From: a virus | DNA length: 64,000 nucleotides | IMG/VR virus record: IMGVR_UViG_3300028844_003294 | Span: 8,153 to 72,152 of that record | Strand: one strand, 5' to 3' | Part shown: one piece after another, positions 57,437-64,000 of the stretch | Position numbering within the stretch: the stretch's first letter is position 1 | How the letters are laid out: every line of letters begins with the position of its first letter | Notes under the pieces: model-generated | What the model was told of the DNA's origin: nothing | The model's input: only the letters and a program-made list of their open reading frames with translations | Database searches by the model: none | Made by a program: the position numbers and the translations under genes

Positions 57437-57627
57437 ACAATACTAAATACATTTGTAATTTTAAAATGTTACACGACAAAAAAACAGAAATTTCATACAC
57501 ATTAGGCAAAACGGGCTCTTTTTTGCCTATTTCTGCCTAAAATAACACCTTAACCATAAGTACTACTACAATAATCTGTATTTGTATGAGTACAGATGTG
57601 TTTATATATTCAATATAGGAGCTCATA

Positions 57628-58443
57628 ATGTCAGATCGCAGTAAATTAGAACAAGTTCTAGAACTACTACTTGCTGAAGATAACGAGCGTGCCGAAGAGC
57701 TACTTCACGAATACGTCGTTGAAACTGCTCGTTCAGAGTACGAGCGTATCTTAGACGAAGAAGAAGTAGTTGCTGAAAAAGAAGAAACTAACGATGACGA
57801 AACTGTAGAAGAAGCAGAAGAATCAGAAGAAGAAGCAGTTGAAGAGGCTGAAGAATCCGATGAAGAGGCTGTTGAAGAAGCAGAAGAAGTCGACGAGTTT
57901 GTAGACTATTCAGATGCTGAGCAAGATTTTGTAGCCGACGTAGAAGAAGCAGACGATGATATCGAAGGCGACGAAGTTGGTGAAGAAGAAGGTGAAGCAG
58001 AAGAAGACGAAGACTTAGAAGATAAAGTTGATTCTTTAGAAGACGAACTAGAAGATTTAAGAGCTGAATTTGAAAAACTTTTAAATGATGAAGACGACGA
58101 AGCAGGCGACGATGCTGAAGAAGTTGAAATGGACATGGAACCAGAAATGGATGACATGGAAATGGAAGAAGAATCAGTAGAGTACGACTTAGACGAAGAA
58201 GTAGTTGAAGAAGACGATGACGAAGTTGTCGAAGAAGCAACAAAACTTCAAGATAAGGTTGCTGAGCCTAAAGGCGAAGTAATTGCAGATAAGTCACCTT
58301 TATCAAGCAAGCCAAAAGGTACTAAAGTAGATGGCGCAGGTAACCCTGTTAAAATCAACGATGGTAGCGAAGGCGTTAAAGGCGATTCAGCAAAAGACCA
58401 CACACCAACAGATAATATTAAAGTAGAGCCTAAAAAGGCTTAA
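57628..58443 (+). CDS. Highly acidic prohead core/scaffold-like protein
   Basis: Extreme Glu/Asp content, repeated VEEA, position between portal and protease; AGGAG RBS. Confidence 0.7.
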   Translation: MSDRSKLEQVLELLLAEDNERAEELLHEYVVETARSEYERILDEEEVVAEKEETNDDETVEEAEESEEEAVEEAEESDEEAVEEAEEVDEFVDYSDAEQDFVADVEEADDDIEGDEVGEEEGEAEEDEDLEDKVDSLEDELEDLRAEFEKLLNDEDDEAGDDAEEVEMDMEPEMDDMEMEEESVEYDLDEEVVEEDDDEVVEEATKLQDKVAEPKGEVIADKSPLSSKPKGTKVDGAGNPVKINDGSEGVKGDSAKDHTPTDNIKVEPKKA

Positions 58444-58463
58444 TTAGTGAGGTAATTTAAACG

Positions 58464-59090
58464 GTGCGTAAGTTATACGAATATTTAGGACCAGACTCAA
58501 ATAGAATCGAGTTACTCGAATCTAATGACGGTAAGGACCTTTTCATGCAAGGACTATTCATTCAAGGCGATGTTAAAAATCAAAATGGAAGAGTTTATCC
58601 AAAAGATGAAATTCAACGTGCTGTTGAAAATGTCACTAAAAGATTATCAGTAGGTGAGACAGTAATGGGTGAGTTAGATCATCCAGAAGAACTTCAAATC
58701 AATTTAGACCGAGTGAGTCATATCATTACAGAAATGCAATGCGATGGCTCGGACGGACTAGGGAAGTTGAAAATCATAGATACGCCAATGGGAAATATTG
58801 CAAAGGCTTTATTAAAAGCAGGTGCAAAACTAGGTGTAAGCAGTAGAGGTAGCGGTAACGTAAATGAATCAGGTCGTGTGTCTGATTTTGATATTGTTAC
58901 TGTTGATATTGTTGCACAGCCTTCGGCCCCAGATGCATATCCAAAGACTATATACGAGTCATTATTTAACATGAGAGGCGGTAGCATGATACATGAAATT
59001 GCCCAAGACTATACACACGGTAACCCAAGTGCAGAAAAGCACTTAACTAAATCAATCGTTTCATTTATAAACGAGCTAAAATTGAGGTAG
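58464..59090 (+). CDS. gp21: Prohead protease (T4 gp21-like)
   Basis: GLFIQGDVKNQNGRVYP, GELDHP, LGVSSRGSG, DIVAQPSAPDAYP; GTG start with GAGG RBS. Confidence 0.95.
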   Translation: MRKLYEYLGPDSNRIELLESNDGKDLFMQGLFIQGDVKNQNGRVYPKDEIQRAVENVTKRLSVGETVMGELDHPEELQINLDRVSHIITEMQCDGSDGLGKLKIIDTPMGNIAKALLKAGAKLGVSSRGSGNVNESGRVSDFDIVTVDIVAQPSAPDAYPKTIYESLFNMRGGSMIHEIAQDYTHGNPSAEKHLTKSIVSFINELKLR

Positions 59091-59099
59091 GAGACTACT

Positions 59100-60209
59100 A
59101 TGGCAGTAAATTTTGAGGACCTAATCGAGTCTAACGATATAAACGAGGAAACTCGTCAAAGTATCGTTGAGGCCTGGGAAAGTCGTCTTGCCGAAGCCAA
59201 AGAACAACTCACAGCAGAATTAAGAGAAGAGTTTGCTCAAAGATATGAGCATGACAAAGGTCTTATTGTTGAAGCAGTTGACGGGTTTATCAAAGAAAGA
59301 GTTGAAGCAGAAATGCTTGAACTTGCCGATGATAAGCAAAAAGTCGCTGAAGAAAGAGTTGCTTACAAAAAGGCTGTTAGCGAACATGCTAAAAAACTTG
59401 AAAAGTTTGTAGCAGAAAATCTTGCAAAAGAAGTTAAAGAACTAAGAGCAGATAGAACTAACGTTCAATCACATGTTTCTAAACTTGATAATTTTGTTGT
59501 TGAGCAATTAGCAACTGAATTAAAAGAGTTCCACACTGATAAGCAAGAACTCGTAGAACAAAAAGTGAAGATGGTAAGAGAAGGCAAAAAACAACTTGCT
59601 GAATCGAAAGCAGACTTCATTAAACGAGCCGCTGACAAAGTTGAGATTGTAGTAAACAAGATTGTAAAAGAGAATGTTGCTACATTTAAAGACGATATCA
59701 CAGCCGCCCGAGAGAACGATTTTGGTCGTAGAATATTTGAATCATTTGCTAATGAGTATAGATCAAGTTACTTGAACGAAAGCTCAGAAGTAAAAGATTT
59801 GCAAAAACAAATCGCTGAAGTAAAGAAAGAACTTACAGAAAGCAAAGCAGAAGCAGAAGCAAAAGCAGAAGCAGTTGCTTTAACTGAAAGTAAGTTAAGA
59901 GTTGCAATGGACAAGATGGACCGTAAGGAAAAACTTGACGAGCTTCTCAAACCTTTATCTAAAGCAAAAAAAGAATTGATGGTCGATTTACTCGAAAGTG
60001 TAAAAACAGATAACTTAGAGAAGCAATTCAATAAGTATCTACCATCTGTATTGGATGGTGAAAAAGTCACTATCGAAGAAAGACAACCATTGACAGAATC
60101 AGTGAGAAAAGATCACACTGGTAATAAAAACGTTCAGCCTTCATCTGAAGATGAACAGGACGTGGTTGAAATAAACCAAATCCGTAAATTAGCCGGACTT
60201 TCAAATTAG
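59100..60209 (+). CDS. gp22: Prohead scaffolding protein (T4 gp22-like)
   Basis: Coiled coil between protease and capsid genes, with many L/I-x-E-S/A sites. Confidence 0.8.
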   Translation: MAVNFEDLIESNDINEETRQSIVEAWESRLAEAKEQLTAELREEFAQRYEHDKGLIVEAVDGFIKERVEAEMLELADDKQKVAEERVAYKKAVSEHAKKLEKFVAENLAKEVKELRADRTNVQSHVSKLDNFVVEQLATELKEFHTDKQELVEQKVKMVREGKKQLAESKADFIKRAADKVEIVVNKIVKENVATFKDDITAARENDFGRRIFESFANEYRSSYLNESSEVKDLQKQIAEVKKELTESKAEAEAKAEAVALTESKLRVAMDKMDRKEKLDELLKPLSKAKKELMVDLLESVKTDNLEKQFNKYLPSVLDGEKVTIEERQPLTESVRKDHTGNKNVQPSSEDEQDVVEINQIRKLAGLSN

Positions 60210-60219
60210 GAGATAAGAA

Positions 60220-61365
60220 ATGGCAGAATTATTTGAGAGCAATTGGTCAGCAACAAAGGACGCACTACTTGAAGGTTTAAGCGGTTCTAGAAAGAGCACT
60301 TTAGACGTAGTCCTTGAGAATACTAAGAGACATCTTCAGGAATCAGCATCAAGCGGTGCAACACAGGCTGGCAACGTTGCTACTTTAAACAAAGTAATGT
60401 TACCTTTAATCAGAAGGGTTATGCCTTCAGTTATTGCTAACGAACTTGTGGGTGTTCAACCTATGAGTGGTCCAGTAGGACAAATCCATACCTTAAGAAC
60501 AAGGTATGCCGAGAGTGCATCTGGTGTAAACCCAGGTGATGAAGCACTTTCACCATTTAAGATTGCTAATCAGTACTCAGGTAACCCAGATGCAACAGCA
60601 TCAGCAGAGGGACAACCTGGTAAGAAAATGAGCATCCAAATCTTAAAGCAAACTGTAGAAGCAAAAACAAGACGTCTATCAGCAAGATGGACCTTTGAAG
60701 CGGCACAAGATGCTGAAGCAATGCACGGTCTTGACGTAGAAGCAGAAATTATGCAGGCACTAGCTCAAGAAATCGTAGTTGAAATCGACCAAGAAATTAT
60801 CGGTTCACTAAGATCTTTAGCAGGTTCAGGTACATCTTTAGACTTCGGCGCAATTAGCTCTGACTATACACCAACTTTCGTAGGTGATAGACATGCGTTA
60901 TTGGCAGTTGAAATCAACAGAAGTGCTAACAGAATCGCGGCAAGAACAAGAAGAGGCGCAGGTAACTACATCGTAGTTTCTCCTGAGGCTTTAACTATTC
61001 TTCAGTCTGCTACAACTTCAACATTTGCTAGAACTACAGAAGGTTCTTTTGACGCACCTACTAACACAAAACTTGCTGGTGTACTTAACGGTACTATCAA
61101 AGTTTTTGTTGACAGTTATGCGGCAGACGGAACTAAAGTCCTAGTTGGATACAAAGGATCAAGCGAAACAGACGCACCTGCGTTCTACTGTCCTTACATT
61201 CCATTGATGAGTACAGGTCCTGTTATGGATCCTGCTACTTTTGAACCAGTAGTAAGTTTTATGACTAGATATGGTTATATCGAACTTACAAATACTGCTT
61301 CATCTTTGGGTAACGCGGCAGATTACGTTGATGCAATTACATTGTCCAACGTAGCATTCCAGTAA
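60220..61365 (+). CDS. gp23: Major capsid protein (T4 gp23-like)
   Basis: LIRRVMPSVIANELVGVQPMSGP; VEAKTRRLSARWTFEAAQD; EIDQEII; VGYKG; FYCPYIPL; FMTRYG. Confidence 0.97.
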   Translation: MAELFESNWSATKDALLEGLSGSRKSTLDVVLENTKRHLQESASSGATQAGNVATLNKVMLPLIRRVMPSVIANELVGVQPMSGPVGQIHTLRTRYAESASGVNPGDEALSPFKIANQYSGNPDATASAEGQPGKKMSIQILKQTVEAKTRRLSARWTFEAAQDAEAMHGLDVEAEIMQALAQEIVVEIDQEIIGSLRSLAGSGTSLDFGAISSDYTPTFVGDRHALLAVEINRSANRIAARTRRGAGNYIVVSPEALTILQSATTSTFARTTEGSFDAPTNTKLAGVLNGTIKVFVDSYAADGTKVLVGYKGSSETDAPAFYCPYIPLMSTGPVMDPATFEPVVSFMTRYGYIELTNTASSLGNAADYVDAITLSNVAFQ

Positions 61366-61400
61366 GATTTAATCTTAAAAGGAAACATCCAAAAATTAAA

Positions 61401-61428
61401 GCATCTACTTCGGTAGATGCTTTTTTTT
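61401..61428 (+). terminator. Rho-independent terminator after the major capsid gene
   Basis: GCATCTAC-TTCG-GTAGATGC followed by T8. Confidence 0.93.
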
Positions 61429-61445
61429 GACTTTTGTATCAAAAT

Positions 61446-61453
61446 GATAAATA
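61446..61453 (+). promoter_or_regulatory. Late promoter motif GATAAATA
   Basis: Between the terminator and the next gene; AGGA RBS follows. Confidence 0.7.
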
Positions 61454-61488
61454 CATATAAATGCAAAATGCTGATTAGGATTTTATAA

Positions 61489-64000
61489 ATGACAACACAA
61501 TCAAGATTTAACCCAGATGGTAGTTTACACCTTAACGGTGACTTGTTTATCAACGAACAAGGTAATTTAACAGTTGGGGGAACAGCAAATGTTACCGGTA
61601 ATGTAAACATTTCAGGTAGCACAGTTATTGAAGGTGATCTTCGTGTTGAAGGCACTACAGTTTATGTAAGTGATACAGTTGCACAAAATTCTTCAGATGG
61701 GTATATTATTGATTTTGACAATGATGCAGTAGCAAACGGTGGAACAGCATTTTATCAGTTTGGTCCTGCAGGTGCTAAGATGTCATGGGACGGCTCAGAC
61801 TTAGTATTTGCACTAGAAAACGGCAGTACTATAGACACATACTTTACTGGTCCAGTAGATGTAAGTCAAAATATTACAGCAAACGGTATTCTTACCGCAA
61901 ATGCTATACATTCTAATACAACTGCTAATGCAACAACATTTAACGGTACAACATTTAACGGTACAACATTTTATATAGATGCAAATACATCTATGACTTC
62001 CGGAAGATTTACAGGCACATCAAATAGAGCACATAATTTAACCACAGATATTACACTTACTTTAACAGGTGATGTTACAGGTAGTGCAACATTTGGAATG
62101 ACATCAAATGGTGGTTGGGCACCTAGTATAATAACAACTATTCAGCCAGATAGTGTAACACTAGGTACAGATACTATAGGAACTTATGTTTCAGGTATTG
62201 CTGACGCCGGCAATGGTAATTTAATAGTAACTACAAATACAGTAAATGACGCATCAGCCGTAGCAATAGACTTAGGCGACTCAACAGTAACTCCAGGGTC
62301 ATATGGAAATGCAACTCATACAGCAAGTTTTACAGTAGATTCTAAAGGTAGAATTACAAGTGCTAGTGAACAATCAGCAAATATTAGTTCAGGCCAAATA
62401 AACAATTTTGTAGCAAGTGTAAGATCTAATGTTAGTGTAACTGATACAGGCGGCGACGGAAGTTTATCATATAATAACTCAACAGGTGTATTTACTTACA
62501 CTGGTCCAAGTTTAGCAGAAGTACAAACAAGGATAGATAATTCAGCAAGTAATGTTAGAGCTCATCTAAGTGCAAGTAATGGTGTTGACTACAATAGTTC
62601 AACAGGAGCCTTCCAAGCAGTTGAAGGTGAAATACAACACGATAATTTAGACGGTTATGTTGCGGCAGAGCATGTAAATCATGATAACGTAACACTTACA
62701 GCCGGCACAGGTTTAACAGGTGGCGGTACGATTGCTTCATCAAGAACATTTAACGTTATAGGTGGCGATGGTATTACTGCTAATGCAAACGATATAGAAG
62801 TAGATAGTACAGTTTTAAGAACAAGTGGCGATCAAAGTATTGCTGGTACTAAAACATTTACAGGTAGTGTAGACTTAACTGGTGCAACAGCAACAGCAAC
62901 TACACAATCTCCAGGTTCAAACAACACGGTTCTTGCAACCACAGCCTATGTAGAAAAAGCAATAGTAGATTTAGTAGGTGACGCACCAGCGGCACTAGAT
63001 ACATTAGGTGAAATAGCAAATGCTTTAATAGACGATGCAAATTTAGGTAACGTTCTAACAGCAAAAATTGTTGGTGCTAATGCAGACATCATAGAAAGAC
63101 TACCAATCAACGGTAATACTGCAATGACTGGCGAGCTCACATTGTCAGGAAGTCCAACAGGTGGCTCAAATGCCGCAACTAAAAACTATGTTGACACAGT
63201 TGTTGCGTCATCTGTAGATGGTGCAAACACTAACATCTATGGAAACTTAGTAAACAAAAATTTCGAATTACAATCTGACTGGTATAGATTTAGCCACACA
63301 GGTAATTCAAGTAATGCATCTACTATAGCATTTGGTAACTCTGATATAATCATAGAACCAAATTTAAATGATAGTGCAAATGCATCAAACGAATATCCTG
63401 TATTGATAAAAGGTACACCATTAAGTGGACCACAAAACGTAGACAAGAAAACAGTATTCAGAGATAATGTTTTAATCTCTCCAGGTTATGGAACAGACCC
63501 AAATTGGCCTGTAGAAGCAGGTGCAGGTATTCCTAGTACAATTATTACTGGTAATATTATACATGCAAGAAACAGCAATACAGAAATAGGATCAAATCAA
63601 TTTTTTGCTTCTAACGTAGACTATGTATTAAGAAAAGGAAACATTGATAGCAACGGCGGACTAGTAATTCAAAACAGTAATATTAGTATGATCACAGATG
63701 CCAGTGATAGTGTCTCAACTTACACCGGAGCAGACACTACCGGTGACAATTCAAATGGAAATATTGCGTTAAGTACAATAGGAACATACAGTAATACCAT
63801 TGTTGGTGTTGAACGAGCACACTTTGTAAACTTTGGTAAGTCCACGATGTTTGTGGGAGACTTTGCCAACGTTGCAACCTATACAAGTGTTTACGATAAA
63901 GCATCAGAATCTGATATGGAAAATGACTCAGGTGATGGTAATACATATACTACTGGTGGTAGACCTTTAGAAAGACTCACAGTTGATGGTGCTATACAAT
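61489..64000 (+). CDS. Fibre-like virion protein (runs off the window end)
   Basis: Not in the ORF track. Hand translation MTTQSRFNPDGSLHLNGDL...; fibre motifs LTGDVTGSA, VDSKGRITSA, LATTAYV, APAALDTLGEIANAL, AATKNYVD. Confidence 0.85.
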   Translation, partial: MTTQSRFNPDGSLHLNGDLFINEQGNLTVGGTANVTGNVNISGSTVIEGDLRVEGTTVYVSDTVAQNSSDGYIIDFDNDAVANGGTAFYQFGPAGAKMSWDGSDLVFALENGSTIDTYFTGPVDVSQNITANGILTANAIHSNTTANATTFNGTTFNGTTFYIDANTSMTSGRFTGTSNRAHNLTTDITLTLTGDVTGSATFGMTSNGGWAPSIITTIQPDSVTLGTDTIGTYVSGIADAGNGNLIVTTNTVNDASAVAIDLGDSTVTPGSYGNATHTASFTVDSKGRITSASEQSANISSGQINNFVASVRSNVSVTDTGGDGSLSYNNSTGVFTYTGPSLAEVQTRIDNSASNVRAHLSASNGVDYNSSTGAFQAVEGEIQHDNLDGYVAAEHVNHDNVTLTAGTGLTGGGTIASSRTFNVIGGDGITANANDIEVDSTVLRTSGDQSIAGTKTFTGSVDLTGATATATTQSPGSNNTVLATTAYVEKAIVDLVGDAPAALDTLGEIANALIDDANLGNVLTAKIVGANADIIERLPINGNTAMTGELTLSGSPTGGSNAATKNYVDTVVASSVDGANTNIYGNLVNKNFELQSDWYRFSHTGNSSNASTIAFGNSDIIIEPNLNDSANASNEYPVLIKGTPLSGPQNVDKKTVFRDNVLISPGYGTDPNWPVEAGAGIPSTIITGNIIHARNSNTEIGSNQFFASNVDYVLRKGNIDSNGGLVIQNSNISMITDASDSVSTYTGADTTGDNSNGNIALSTIGTYSNTIVGVERAHFVNFGKSTMFVGDFANVATYTSVYDKASESDMENDSGDGNTYTTGGRPLERLTVDGAIQ

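Noticed and set aside
57466-57540. 24-codon ORF in the leader of the acidic core gene
   Set aside because: No RBS, very short and overlapping the hairpins; unsupported.
57760-58240. GAAGAA-rich quasi-repeats
   Set aside because: Explained by poly-Glu/Asp coding in the acidic prohead protein.
61933-61971. 15-nt tandem repeat ACAACATTTAACGGT (about 2.6 copies)
   Set aside because: An in-frame coding repeat (TTFNG) typical of fibre proteins; its length is a multiple of three, so it is not a phase-variation switch.

Overview
This 64 kb window is from an AT-rich, large T4-related tailed phage (myovirus-type baseplate genes), probably aquatic. A lipoprotein autotransporter-like gene points to a diderm host. 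Minus strand 1-41356 carries a tightly coupled accessory operon (MetK, SCP2-like protein, radical SAM enzyme, three or four glycosyltransferase-like proteins, SGNH hydrolase), tail fibres, a 5544-aa baseplate protein and gp6/gp25/gp5/hub/gp53/gp48-like baseplate genes, interrupted by a small plus-strand sigma70-driven island at 35332-36407. Plus strand 41472-45558 carries gp55-like sigma, gp47, gp46 and a stand-alone GIY-YIG nuclease, followed directly by about 480 nt of non-coding, densely structured sequence that looks like an unannotated RNA. Then come two cupin-like genes, a SWIM protein, the autotransporter-like gene, a gp26-like hub chaperone with an apparent -1 frameshift, the tape measure, and the head module (gp20, gp21, gp22, gp23), with another fibre gene running off the end. 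The best candidates for new biology are: (1) the GIY-YIG plus structured ncRNA locus; (2) a late glycosylation operon paired with strong N-x-S/T sequon enrichment in fibre and baseplate proteins; (3) the gp26/gp51-like programmed frameshift; (4) a 16-bp palindrome at baseplate/tail late promoters, several of which appear to give leaderless mRNAs. All family assignments come from motif recognition by eye; no database search was run.
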